Assembly: GCA_031409655.1 (NCBI GenBank)
Contig: JANNXQ010000187.1
Location: 1 to 64,000, forward strand
Source of the DNA: Chthoniobacteraceae bacterium
Lineage (GTDB): Bacteria; Verrucomicrobiota; Verrucomicrobiia; Chthoniobacterales; Chthoniobacteraceae
Direction of reading: 5' to 3'
Length of the DNA stretch: 64,000 nt
Shown: in pieces, positions 41,368 through 50,789 of the stretch
How the letters are laid out: every line of letters starts with the position of its first letter
How positions within the stretch are numbered: the stretch's first letter is position 1
Position numbers and translations under genes: made by a program
Notes under the pieces: generated by a model
What the model was told of the DNA's origin: nothing
The model's input: only the letters and a program-made list of their open reading frames with translations
Database searches by the model: none

Positions 41368-41531
41368 CGGCGGTTGGCTCGGCGGAACGCTAAAGTATGA
41401 CTTCGTCGTATTTTGGCGTGCTTTGTCTGCGCTTTGACTACATCATACCCCTTAGCCCGCCGCGCCTGAAATCCGACTTCATGTCGTTGAGGGGTATCCC
41501 TCTTAGGGCGTTGGCGGGCCTCTCCACCGAC

Positions 41532-41747
41532 ATGAGCACACTTCAAGAAATAAAGACGGCCATCGCGCAGTTGCCTTCGCGGGAAAAGGCGATGCTCGCA
41601 GCCGAATTGTTCGCGCTTGAACCGGAGCCGGATGCGGCGCAATTGGAAGCCGCCCTCGACCATGGCTTGCGCGATGTGGAAGCAGGCCGGGTGCGCCCGA
41701 TCGAAGAGGTGCGGGCGATGCTTCCCGGATGGACTACAAAGTCCTGA
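41532..41747 (+). CDS. Putative antitoxin
   Basis: MSTLQEIKTAIAQL...GLRDVEAGRV; overlaps toxin start. Confidence 0.75.
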   Translation: MSTLQEIKTAIAQLPSREKAMLAAELFALEPEPDAAQLEAALDHGLRDVEAGRVRPIEEVRAMLPGWTTKS

Positions 41748-42031
41748 TCACCGACAGCGCGCTCGCCGATCTCCAGGAGATCGTCGAATTCGTCGCGCAA
41801 GATGATCCGCAAGCCGCAGCCCGTTTGGGTGAAAAGCTGATCGCGCGTGCATTGAGCCTGCGCACGATGCCTGAACGGCACGCCTGGCACGATGCGGCGC
41901 GGGGCATTCGCAAAATGCCGCTCTCTGCCTATCTGGTTTTCTACACCTGCGACAAACCCCGCGGTGTCGTGAACATCCTTCACTTCTGGCACGGCGCGCG
42001 GCAGTCGCCCGACTTCTCAGCGGGCACCTGA
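41729..42031 (+). CDS. RelE/ParE family toxin
   Basis: YKVLITDSALADLQEI..AQDDPQAA..YLVFY..ILHFWHGAR. Confidence 0.88.
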   Translation: MDYKVLITDSALADLQEIVEFVAQDDPQAAARLGEKLIARALSLRTMPERHAWHDAARGIRKMPLSAYLVFYTCDKPRGVVNILHFWHGARQSPDFSAGT

Positions 42032-42682
42032 CGTCAGAAAATCCAGCGCCGCGGATTCGTTCTTTTCGATGGCGATTTCCACGGCTAGCTGGGCTTGGGC
42101 GAGGAGGGTACGGGCGCGGGCGCGGGCGAGGAGGATGCTTTCGATGAGGGCGTCGATGCGCGGGGCGGCGATGGCGAGGAGGTCGTCGTCGCCGTAGCGG
42201 GGATGGTGGGAGTCGTCTTGCGACCATTGCAGGATCGTTTGCACGGGCTGGGAGCGGAGGAAGGCGAGGAGCGCGGCCTGGCTGAGGCTCGGGCGCTCGG
42301 GGTCGTGCGGGCGCAGGACCATGAACTCGGAGGAGCCGACGGATGGCACGGTGGCGGTGGTGCGGACGAGGGCGGTCTCGCGCAGGTAGCCGCGCAGCCG
42401 GGAGGTGACGACATCGCCGGCGGCGAAGCGCTTCTTGGCGCTGCCGACGGCGCGGGCGGACATCGGCTCCTTGGTATCGTCGAGCACGGGCTGGAGGGCG
42501 TCGCCGAGGTCGAAGTTGCGCACGATCGCGCCGGGCGAGGCGGCGGTGGGGTCGAACATTTCGCTCACCGAGCGGAAGTGCGCGCCGAGGGGTTTTCCGG
42601 GCATCGAGCGCAGCCGGTCGAGGAAGCCTTGTTTCGCCGGATGGAAATACTCGGCGTCCGTGCGTTCGGCGACGGAAAGAAT
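42017..42682 (-). pseudogene. C-terminal fragment of an R-M specificity (S-type) subunit
   Basis: RTDAEYF, GDVVTSRLRGYL, VGSSEFMVLR, C-terminal helix LAVEIAIE; 5' part absent. Confidence 0.6.
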
Positions 42683-42721
42683 TGGCAAAACTGCAACGGC
42701 AGCGTTTTATCTCTCGCCATT

Positions 42722-42737
42722 AGACGTCCCGACGTCT
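42722..42737. promoter_or_regulatory. Palindromic operator candidate upstream of MTase
   Basis: AGACGTC-cc-GACGTCT ending 12 nt before the GTG start. Confidence 0.45.
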
Positions 42738-42749
42738 TATTTCCGACGT

Positions 42750-43922
42750 GTGAAAAATCTGCCATCATTCAAGCGCTCACCGGGGGCTGTCCGGGACGCA
42801 ATCTTAGGCACCTTACAAGCGAAGCCGGAGGGAGGAACGGTGGAGGCGATCCGCGGTGAAGTGACCCGTTTGCTCGGCCCTACGCCGGCCTCCTCGATCC
42901 GATCTTATCTCCGCCTGAATACGCCCGGTCTATTTGAGCGCCTTGATCGCGGACGGTATGCACTCGCAGGGAGCGGTCGTGTGCGCGAGGAGAGTCAAGT
43001 CACGCTTCCGCTCGTTGAACGAGCCAATGGCAATCAACGCCGCGGCGAGGAGGGGAATCGTTGCCAAGTTGGCGGTGCGACGTTGATCGAGTCGGATTGC
43101 TTCGCGTGGCTGGAAACCCGCGACCCGCAGAGCGTCCACGCCGTTGTTACCGATCCGCCCTATGGCCTCGTGGAATACAGTGATCGCGAACAGGCAAAAT
43201 TGCGCGCTGGCAAAGGCGGGGTGTGGCGCATTCCACCGAACTTCGATGGTCACCAGCGTTCGCCGCTCCCGCGTTTCACGGTGCTGACTCCGGCGGATTT
43301 GCAGGCGCTCGACCATTTTTTCCATCGTTGGGCACGGGCGATTCTCCGCGTGCTGGTGCCGGGCGGCCAGGTGCTCGTAGCCTCGAATCCGCTGCTCTCA
43401 TATGTCGTCGCCGGAGCTGTGGTTCGGGCCGGCCTGGAACGACGCGGCGAGATCATCCGGCTGACGATGACGATGCGCGGAGGAGACCGCCCCAAAGCCG
43501 CTCACGAAGAGTTTTCCGAAGTCAGCGTCATGCCGCGCTCGATGTGGGAGCCGTGGCTCATTTTCCGCAAACCGCTGGACGGACGGGTGCAGGACAATTT
43601 GCGGAAGTGGCACACGGGTGGGTTCCGGCGCCCATCGATGGAGCAGCCGTTTGGCGACGTGATCGTGTCCAGCCCGACGCGAGCGAACGAGCGAGCGCTC
43701 GCGCCACATCCGAGCCTGAAGCCGCAAGCCTTCATGCGGCAAATCGTGCGCGCCGTGCTCCCGCTCGGTGAAGGCATCGTGCTCGATCCCTTTGCTGGCG
43801 GCGGCTCGACACTCGCTGCCGCGGAAGCCGTCGGCTATCGAAGTATCGGAGTCGAGCGCGATGCGGCGTATTTTCAAACCGCCCGGAACGCGATCCCCCT
43901 CCTAGCCGCTCTGCGAGTGTGA
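42750..43922 (+). CDS. Beta-class N6A/N4C DNA methyltransferase with N-terminal HTH-like domain
   Basis: VVTDPPY before HPSLKP and VLDPFAGGGST; start at GTG 42750 inferred. Confidence 0.88.
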   Translation: MKNLPSFKRSPGAVRDAILGTLQAKPEGGTVEAIRGEVTRLLGPTPASSIRSYLRLNTPGLFERLDRGRYALAGSGRVREESQVTLPLVERANGNQRRGEEGNRCQVGGATLIESDCFAWLETRDPQSVHAVVTDPPYGLVEYSDREQAKLRAGKGGVWRIPPNFDGHQRSPLPRFTVLTPADLQALDHFFHRWARAILRVLVPGGQVLVASNPLLSYVVAGAVVRAGLERRGEIIRLTMTMRGGDRPKAAHEEFSEVSVMPRSMWEPWLIFRKPLDGRVQDNLRKWHTGGFRRPSMEQPFGDVIVSSPTRANERALAPHPSLKPQAFMRQIVRAVLPLGEGIVLDPFAGGGSTLAAAEAVGYRSIGVERDAAYFQTARNAIPLLAALRV

Positions 43923-44522
43923 ATCCAAATAGATCCAGCTTTTCCGCAGTTTGAGAATGCCATCGCGGTGCAGCGTGGCCGTGCGCGTGCCGAGTTCACC
44001 GCGGGCATTCTTGCGAAAGTCGGCAATTGTGACATGGCCAAGATAGACCTCGGTGAAGCGCAGAGGCATTCGGTCCCGCGCCGGTTCTGTTTCATCGTCG
44101 ATGGCATAGACGAAAACCGTCATCCACTGCTCGCGCGCACCGTGGGTATCCACCGCACCGCCAGATTTCCGCGTCGTCTTGATTTCCACGCCTTCGCTGC
44201 CGGCTTTGGCCGCATCCTTGGGATACGCGCCCTTTACGAGAAGATCGGGGTGTCCGTTGAAATGCTGATTCTGGGTCAGCGTGCGCGAGTGTTTAGCCAG
44301 ACTTGAAGTAAGGAAATCGGAAAGCAGGCCCGACAGGATTGCTGGGCGCAGCATATCGTCGAGCCGTTGCAGACCCTTCTTCACGAGGAAGGAATTCACA
44401 TCGAAGAAGAAGTCGTAAACGTCCTGCATCGCGAGCGAGAAGTCCTCAACGCGGAGTTCGAATGGGAGATTCGTCGCCGGGTTGAAACACTCAGACTTTG
44501 GACGCTGACGTTCGATTGGCAT
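43902..44522 (-). CDS. Putative PD-(D/E)xK restriction endonuclease
   Basis: GHPDLL...GVEIK; convergent with and overlapping the MTase. Confidence 0.65.
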   Translation of the reverse strand: MPIERQRPKSECFNPATNLPFELRVEDFSLAMQDVYDFFFDVNSFLVKKGLQRLDDMLRPAILSGLLSDFLTSSLAKHSRTLTQNQHFNGHPDLLVKGAYPKDAAKAGSEGVEIKTTRKSGGAVDTHGAREQWMTVFVYAIDDETEPARDRMPLRFTEVYLGHVTIADFRKNARGELGTRTATLHRDGILKLRKSWIYLDSHSQSG

Positions 44523-44528
44523 ACGCGA

Positions 44529-45270
44529 CTAAGCCGCGATTTGGAGTTCGTGCTGCAAGCCAAATCCGCGTTGCCCTATGCGTCGCTCGATGACCCAGCG
44601 CGGGGTGAAATACTGGCCTTTGTCGCCCTTGGAGGATTGGTTGACGAGGTATTCGAAGGCGTCGTCGATGACGTCGAGGTTGGAGTTGAAGAGCTTCCAT
44701 TCCTCAAGGGAGCCGACGCAGACCTGGAGGTGATCGGCGGTGAGGCGGATGCGCTCATCATCGGTGAAGACGCCGGGCCATTTGCTTTTGGCGTCGTCGA
44801 AAAGGGACTGGATGTTGGCCTTGAGCTCGGCGGCGGTGTTGGAGTTGCGAAAGCGGAGGTGCGGGTAGATGCCGCGATGGCAGGCGAGTTCGTCGTAGAG
44901 CTTGGTGAAGATGAGCTTGAAGACTTCCTCGAAGACATCGACGCCGGCATTGGCGAGGACTTCGTCTTCCATGTCCTCGATGAGCTGGCCGAGGTCGCGG
45001 GCGCGGAGGCCGTCCTTGGCGCGGGCTTCTTCCTTCTCGATGAGGGTGTCGATAGTCCACGGCTGGCCGGCGAGGTCGTCGATGGTCTGGCTGGCCGTGG
45101 GCAGGTCGGGGATTTCGACGAAGTAGTTCGGGTTCTTGCGATGCCAGACGACGGGGCTGACGCCATTGCTCCACAGCGCGAGCGGGGCGCCGGTGGCGTG
45201 GGTGTAGGATTTGAGCTGGTCTTTGCCGTCCTTGGCCGACGGGGCTTTGATCTCGATGATCGTGTAGGGT
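44529..45270 (-). pseudogene. Internal fragment of HsdR_N-like/N6-MTase (type I M-like) gene
   Basis: Frame reads PYTIIEIKAP..GKDQLKSY..WSNG..EEVFKLIFTKLYDE..DAFEYLV..KGQYFTPRWVI then breaks; no FxGxG or NPPF motifs and no start codon for the 5' part. Confidence 0.8.
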
Positions 45271-45445
45271 TGCGTCCCGCAAAATTTCCGACACTGATGG
45301 CGTAGGCATGACCCCGATGAAGCATGTCGGGGGGCGAACGACGATTTTTTTCGAGCACCGGTGCCGCAGCAAGAGTCCCCAGATGCGTTCCATCCTGCAA
45401 AACCCTCGACACACCGCGCCGGAGTTTCGAGACTCCCCGCCCTTT

Positions 45446-46189
45446 ATGAGATTCGGAAATCAAGTCGCCATCGTCACCGGCGCCGGACGCGGCATCGGGC
45501 AGGCCATCGCCCTGCAACTCGCCAGCGAGGGCGCGCGCGTCGCCGTCGTCTCGCGCACGGAGGCGAATGCAAACAAGACCGCCGAGGCGATCAATGCAAA
45601 GTACGCCGGTCTCGCCGTCCCCTATGCCGTGGATGTCGCGTCGACGGCGGCGGTGAAGGATCTGGTGGAGCAGATTCACAAGGAATTCACTCGCATCGAC
45701 ATCCTCGTGAACAATGCCGGCCTCACCCGCGACGGTCTCGCCATGCGCATGAGCGAGGACGATTGGGACACCGTGATCGATACGAATCTCAAGGGCGCCT
45801 TCAGTTTCATCCAGGTCGTGCTCCGCCCCATGGTGCGGCAGCGCAGCGGACGGATCATCAATATCGCGAGCGTCGCGGGTCTCATGGGCAATGCGGGCCA
45901 GGCCAACTACGCGGCGAGCAAGGCGGGCCTGATCGGCCTCACCAAGACCATCGCCCGCGAGATTGCCAGCCGCAGCATCACCTGCAACGCGGTCGCCCCC
46001 GGCTTCATCACCACGGACATGACGGGCGGTCTGCCCGAAGCCCTGAAGACCGGCGTCATCGGCCAGATCCCGCTCGGGCGCTTTGGCGAACCCGAAGACA
46101 TCGCCGCTGCTGTTTGCTTCCTCGCCAGCGCCGAAGCCCGCTACATCACTGGCCAGACGCTCACCGTGGACGGCGGCATGGTGATGTGA
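45446..46189 (+). CDS. fabG: 3-oxoacyl-ACP reductase
   Basis: TGAGRGIG, NNAGLTRD, GQANYAASKAG, VAPGFITTDMT. Confidence 0.93.
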   Translation: MRFGNQVAIVTGAGRGIGQAIALQLASEGARVAVVSRTEANANKTAEAINAKYAGLAVPYAVDVASTAAVKDLVEQIHKEFTRIDILVNNAGLTRDGLAMRMSEDDWDTVIDTNLKGAFSFIQVVLRPMVRQRSGRIINIASVAGLMGNAGQANYAASKAGLIGLTKTIAREIASRSITCNAVAPGFITTDMTGGLPEALKTGVIGQIPLGRFGEPEDIAAAVCFLASAEARYITGQTLTVDGGMVM

Positions 46190-46192
46190 AGA

Positions 46193-46274
46193 AAAGGATG
46201 AAGGCCTAAGGAGGAAGGATGATGTCCTGCCGCCACTCTTCTCTTCATCCTTCCGCCTTCATCCCTCATCCTTT
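46193..46274. repeat. Heptamer inverted-repeat element, family A
   Basis: aaggatgaagg..aaggatga ... ttcatccttccgccttcatccctcatccttt. Confidence 0.8.
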
Positions 46275-46279
46275 CCCCC

Positions 46280-46747
46280 ATGCTCCTCTACCTTCTCCGC
46301 CACGCGAACGCGGACACCGTCGCCGAGAGCGATGATGCGCGGACGCTGACGGAGAAAGGGCACGCGCAGGCGGAGAAGGTCGCGCGCTTCTGTGCGGAAC
46401 GGGAACTGCGCCCGGAGTTCATCCTGTCCAGCCCGCTGCCGCGCGCGCAGGAGACGGCGGCGCCGATCGGGGAGAAGTTCGGGGTGAAAGTGATCGTCAC
46501 CCCGTGGCTGGCCAGTGGGATGAGGCCCGAAGCCGCTACCGATGCCCTGCGCGAATACACGCGTTTTGAAAGCGTGCTGCTCGTCGGCCACGAGCCGGAT
46601 TTCTCAATGCTCATCGCGCACCTGCTCGGGCTTCCCGATCACGCTCGATTCATCGTCCGGAAGGCCGCGCTCACGCTTCTCGAATTTCGCGCCCCGCGCG
46701 CCGGCGCCGCCACGTTTCACTTTTCCCTCCCATGCCGGCTGATGTGA
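46280..46747 (+). CDS. sixA: Phosphohistidine phosphatase
   Basis: LYLLRHA, SSPLPRAQETA, LLVGHEP. Confidence 0.9.
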   Translation: MLLYLLRHANADTVAESDDARTLTEKGHAQAEKVARFCAERELRPEFILSSPLPRAQETAAPIGEKFGVKVIVTPWLASGMRPEAATDALREYTRFESVLLVGHEPDFSMLIAHLLGLPDHARFIVRKAALTLLEFRAPRAGAATFHFSLPCRLM

Positions 46748-47436
46748 ACCACCCGCCGGACGTCGTTCGCTTTCCGGAAGATTACTCCGTCCACGCCGCG
46801 GCATTTCTGCGCGAGGAAATCCTCCGCGCCATCGCGGTCCGCGGCTTCTGCCGGCTCGCGCTCAGCGGTGGCAATACTCCCCGCGCGATCCACGAGGAAC
46901 TCGTGCGCATCGGCGGCGACATCGCCTGGAATCATGTGCAGATCAGCTTCGGCGACGAACGCTGCGTGCCGCCCGATCACGCCGACAGCAACTACCGCAT
47001 GGCCCGCGAGTCCCTCCTCGATCTCGTGCCGATCCCGCCGGGCAATGTCTTCCGCATCCGCGGTGAGATCGATCCCGAGGCCGCCACGCGCGAGTACGAA
47101 GCCAAGCTCGCCGCCGTCGCCGCCCGCTCGGGCGAGCCGCGTTACGTCCACGATGTGCTGCTGCTCGGCCTCGGCGAAGACGGCCACACCGCCTCGCTCT
47201 TCCCCGGCTCGCCCGCGCTCGACGAGCGCGACCGCAACGTCCTCCCGGTGATCGGCCCGAAACCGCCGCCGCAGCGCGTCACGATGACCTTCCCGCTCAT
47301 CAACTGCGCGCGCCACGTCTGCTTCCTCGTGAGCGGCACGAGCAAACGCGAAGTCGTCGAGCAAGTGCTCGCCGGAGATCCCCGCCACCCGGCCTCCCGC
47401 GTCCGCGCCGCGCGGGTGACGTGGCTTGTGCAGTAG
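46732..47436 (+). CDS. pgl: 6-phosphogluconolactonase
   Basis: LALSGGNTP, GDERCVP..SNY, LGLGEDGHTASLFP. Confidence 0.95.
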   Translation: MPADVNHPPDVVRFPEDYSVHAAAFLREEILRAIAVRGFCRLALSGGNTPRAIHEELVRIGGDIAWNHVQISFGDERCVPPDHADSNYRMARESLLDLVPIPPGNVFRIRGEIDPEAATREYEAKLAAVAARSGEPRYVHDVLLLGLGEDGHTASLFPGSPALDERDRNVLPVIGPKPPPQRVTMTFPLINCARHVCFLVSGTSKREVVEQVLAGDPRHPASRVRAARVTWLVQ

Positions 47437-47485
47437 CACGATCTCGCCCTCAAGGTTTCGGGCCGAAGCGGATTACCCTGGAGCA

Positions 47486-49591
47486 ATGTTCCTCCACCGA
47501 ATTCTTCCCGCATTGGTCGCCTTCACGCTGATCCTGTCCGCCAGCGCCCAAAAGCCCGCCAGCCTTCCCCGCTCGATGATTCCCGCGCCTTTCGATCGCT
47601 ACCTGGAGCGCCGCGTGGCGGAGCTTTCCTCCGTCGATTGGCAAAGTGGAATCACGCCGGAAAACTGGCCCGCTCGGCGAAAGGAGATGCGGCGCGAACT
47701 GCAAGGGATGCTCGGGCTCGATCCGTGGCCAGAGCGCACGCCGCTGCAACCGGTGATCACGGGCACGGTGCCGGGCGACGGCTACGTCATAGAAAAGCTG
47801 CACTTTCAATCGCTGCCCGGCCTCTACGTGACGGCGAACCTTTATCGCCCAAAGGAAGTGACCACGCCGCTCCCGACGATCCTCTACGTCTGCGGACACT
47901 CGAATGTCGTCGAGAAAGGCGTGAGCATGGGCAACAAAACCGGCTATCACCATCACGGTGTCTGGTTCGCGCGACATGGCTACGTGTGCCTGATCATCGA
48001 CACGATCCAACTCGGCGAGATTCGCGGTGAACATCACGGCACCCACAGCGGCAAACGCTGGTGGTGGGCAGCGCGTGGTTACACGCCGGCCGGAGTCGAA
48101 GCGTGGAATGGCAGCCGCGCGCTGGACTATCTCGAGACGCGGCCGGAGGTGGATCGCACGCGCTTTGGCATTACGGGGCGCTCCGGCGGCGGGGCGTATT
48201 CCTGGTGGGTCGCGGCGCTGGATGAACGGATCAAAGTCGCGGTGCCGACGGCTGGCATCACGACGCTGAAAAATCACGTCGTCGATGGCGCGATCGAAGG
48301 GCACTGCGATTGCATGTTCATGGTGAATACGGAGCGCTGGGACTTCGATCGCGTCGCCGCGCTCGTCGCGCCGCGCCCGCTGCTCATCGCGAATACCGAT
48401 TCCGACAGCATCTTTCCGCTCGATGGCGTGCTGGAGATCTTCAACCACACCCGCGCGCTCTACCGCAAACTCGGGAAGGAGGATCAGGTGGGTATCCACA
48501 TTGCGGAAGGCCCGCACAAAGACACGCAGCCGCTGAACATCGGCGCTTTCAACTGGCTGAACCGTTTCCTCAAAGGTGGGGATCGGATGGACCTCATCGA
48601 CGAACCGGCGCGCAAAGCCCACGAGCCACGCGAGCTGAAAGTCTTCACCGAGATCCCAAAGGACGAGCGCGTCACGACGGTCGATGAGTCTTTCGTGCCG
48701 GCGTTTTCGGAGAAAGCGCCACCGACTTCGGCTGCGGAGTGGTCCGCGCTTCGCGATGGTTGGATGAAGTCGCTGCGCGAGGAATGCTTCCGCGCGTGGC
48801 CGTCCGCACCGGCCAAAGTGCTCGCCGAAAAACCCGCGGTGACCACTTCCGCCGGCCTCCGGCTGACCGCCACGGAGTTTGCGAGCGAAGAGGCCATGAC
48901 CCTGCCGCTCTGGCTGCTCCAGCGCGAAGACATCGCGCCGGAGAATCTCGAACTCGTGGTGCTCAACATCCTCGATGACGCGGGCTGGAAGGAATTCCAG
49001 GCGGTCGCGGCAGCGGGATTTCCCGCGCAGTTTTCCGGCGCGAACGCGGATGCCGCTGGCTTCGCCGAAGTGCGCGAGATGCTGCAGAAGACGAAGTGGG
49101 CGATGGCTTACGTCTGCCCGCGCGGTGCCGGAGCGCAGAGCTGGGCTGCGCTTCCACCGACCAAACAGATCCACCTGCAGCGCCGTCTGCAACTCCTGGG
49201 CGAATCGCTGGAGAGCGGCCAGGTCTGGGATATCCAGCAGGCGGCGGGAGCGCTCCGCACGTCGCCCGGCTTGGCGAAAGTGCCGCTCTGGCTGCAAGCC
49301 GAACGCACCATGGCGGCCAATGCGCTCTACGCCTCGCTCTTCATCCCCGAGGTGACGCGGCTCGATCTCCACGCGCTGCCGACGACGCACCGCGATGGCC
49401 CCACTTACCTGAATGTCCTCCGCCATCTCGATCTCCCGCAGGCCGTGGCGCTGGCTGCGGAACGTTCGACCGTCGCCATCTACTCTGAGAATGCGGAGCC
49501 CTGGCGCTACGCCGCAACGTTGGCGAAGAGCCTGCAGTGGGGCGAGAAGCGCGTGCAGATCCGCAAGCCGCTCCCGTCCGCCCCACGCTGA
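47486..49591 (+). CDS. Secreted alpha/beta hydrolase (acetylxylan esterase-like)
   Basis: Signal peptide, VTANLYRP, LYVCGH, ALDYL, GRSGGG nucleophile elbow. Confidence 0.8.
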   Translation: MFLHRILPALVAFTLILSASAQKPASLPRSMIPAPFDRYLERRVAELSSVDWQSGITPENWPARRKEMRRELQGMLGLDPWPERTPLQPVITGTVPGDGYVIEKLHFQSLPGLYVTANLYRPKEVTTPLPTILYVCGHSNVVEKGVSMGNKTGYHHHGVWFARHGYVCLIIDTIQLGEIRGEHHGTHSGKRWWWAARGYTPAGVEAWNGSRALDYLETRPEVDRTRFGITGRSGGGAYSWWVAALDERIKVAVPTAGITTLKNHVVDGAIEGHCDCMFMVNTERWDFDRVAALVAPRPLLIANTDSDSIFPLDGVLEIFNHTRALYRKLGKEDQVGIHIAEGPHKDTQPLNIGAFNWLNRFLKGGDRMDLIDEPARKAHEPRELKVFTEIPKDERVTTVDESFVPAFSEKAPPTSAAEWSALRDGWMKSLREECFRAWPSAPAKVLAEKPAVTTSAGLRLTATEFASEEAMTLPLWLLQREDIAPENLELVVLNILDDAGWKEFQAVAAAGFPAQFSGANADAAGFAEVREMLQKTKWAMAYVCPRGAGAQSWAALPPTKQIHLQRRLQLLGESLESGQVWDIQQAAGALRTSPGLAKVPLWLQAERTMAANALYASLFIPEVTRLDLHALPTTHRDGPTYLNVLRHLDLPQAVALAAERSTVAIYSENAEPWRYAATLAKSLQWGEKRVQIRKPLPSAPR

Positions 49592-49606
49592 GCGACGGCG
49601 TCCTCC

Positions 49607-49747
49607 TTTGGTGTTTAGCGTTTGAAGTTTGAAGTTTGGCGTTTTCTGCGCTGCCGCGGCTCGGTGCGAGGGAGCATCAACGTCGGTCTGCCGGGAGTCT
49701 GGAAATGAACGCCAAACTTCAAACGCCAAACGCTAAACGCCAAACGC
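49607..49747. repeat. Heptamer inverted-repeat element, family B
   Basis: tttggtgtttagcgtttgaagtttgaagtttggcgttt ... aacgccaaacttcaaacgccaaacgctaaacgccaaacg. Confidence 0.9.
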
Positions 49748-49835
49748 TGCAACCCGGTTGCCATACGCAAATTGCGGCGCTCCCTCAGGTCGAACGGCTT
49801 GTCTTTTTCGCATCCCGCCCCCACCCTCCCCGCCC

Positions 49836-50315
49836 ATGGATCACGTCCTCCTCCGCGCCGTCTCGGTCTTCCGCACGCTCACCGACGAAGAACTCGATAG
49901 CCTCGGCGCGCTCTTTACGGAGCGGACCGTGCCCACTCGCGAACGCATCCTTCAGGAAGGCACCGTGGTCACCGCTTTCCACATCGTCTGCGAGGGCGTG
50001 GTACACGTCCGGCGCATGGCGCAGAAGCGCGAGATGTTGCTCGGCCGACTCGGTCCCGGAGCGTTCTTCGGTGAGATCAATCTCTTCGACCCCGGCGTGG
50101 CCACCGCGAGCATCTACGCGATGAAGGAGACGAAGATCGCGTCGGTGGACTACGACAGCTTCCGCGCTTTCATGGAGGCAAACCCGGCCACGGGCTACAA
50201 GATCGTCTCCTTGATGATGACGGAAATGTCGCGCCGTCTGCGGCAGACGAGCGCGCGCCTGGTGAATATGGCGTACTGGTCGAGTGCGGAAGCGGCGCTC
50301 CCGAAGGCGGAGTAG
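49836..50315 (+). CDS. Stand-alone cyclic-nucleotide-binding domain protein
   Basis: ILQEG, LGPGAFFGEINLFD..ATASIYA; no HTH; stop codon falls in REP GTAG. Confidence 0.85.
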   Translation: MDHVLLRAVSVFRTLTDEELDSLGALFTERTVPTRERILQEGTVVTAFHIVCEGVVHVRRMAQKREMLLGRLGPGAFFGEINLFDPGVATASIYAMKETKIASVDYDSFRAFMEANPATGYKIVSLMMTEMSRRLRQTSARLVNMAYWSSAEAALPKAE

Positions 50316-50367
50316 GGGCGCCCTCGCCCCGAGTTGCTCCTGGGGTCGAGGGCGCCCCTGCTCCTTG
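50309..50367. repeat. REP doublet, GTAG family
   Basis: ggagtaggggcgccctcgccccgagttgctcctggggtcgagggcgcccctgctccttg. Confidence 0.88.
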
Positions 50368-50376
50368 AAAACAGCG

Positions 50377-50772
50377 CTACCGCACTTTAACCGGCACCGC
50401 CACGCCAGTGCCCGCTTCGAACACCTCGTCGCCTTTTCGCGGCGCACCCTCCTCGAGATCAGCCACCACAAAGGGCCGGCGGCGGACGTCGCCAACTTTG
50501 AGTTGCGCGGATGGCGTGGGGCCGGTGTAGCTCAGCAATCGCGCGCCTGCGGCGGGCGTGGGATTCGATCCGCTATCGATCAGTGCGAATCCGCCGGCTT
50601 CATCAAACAAGGTGATCACGCCGACGCGCTGCAAAGGGCGCCGCGACATCGCGAGCGTCTGCGCATCGGGGCCGACTTCTTTCCGTTTCGTCACGCGCCG
50701 GATCGTCGAGCAGCCTGGTTGCGGCAGAACGAGCAGGAGCACGAGGGCAAAGGTCCGGGGGAGATGTCGCAT
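50377..50772 (-). CDS. Hypothetical lipoprotein
   Basis: Signal peptide ending PGC; beta-rich mature part. Confidence 0.65.
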   Translation of the reverse strand: MRHLPRTFALVLLLVLPQPGCSTIRRVTKRKEVGPDAQTLAMSRRPLQRVGVITLFDEAGGFALIDSGSNPTPAAGARLLSYTGPTPSAQLKVGDVRRRPFVVADLEEGAPRKGDEVFEAGTGVAVPVKVR

Positions 50773-50789
50773 GTCGGCAGACTAGCGAG

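Noticed and set aside
41445..41519. Crossed inverted repeats upstream of the TA pair
   Set aside because: Only 7-8-bp stems; cannot be distinguished from chance in GC-rich DNA.
42405..42749. Extended N-terminus of the MTase ORF
   Set aside because: Mostly antisense to the S-subunit remnant; GTG 42750 is the more plausible start.
47450..49729. 759-aa minus-strand ORF and similar long antisense ORFs (e.g. 3749..5755)
   Set aside because: Typical shadow frames of high-GC genes with no recognisable motifs.
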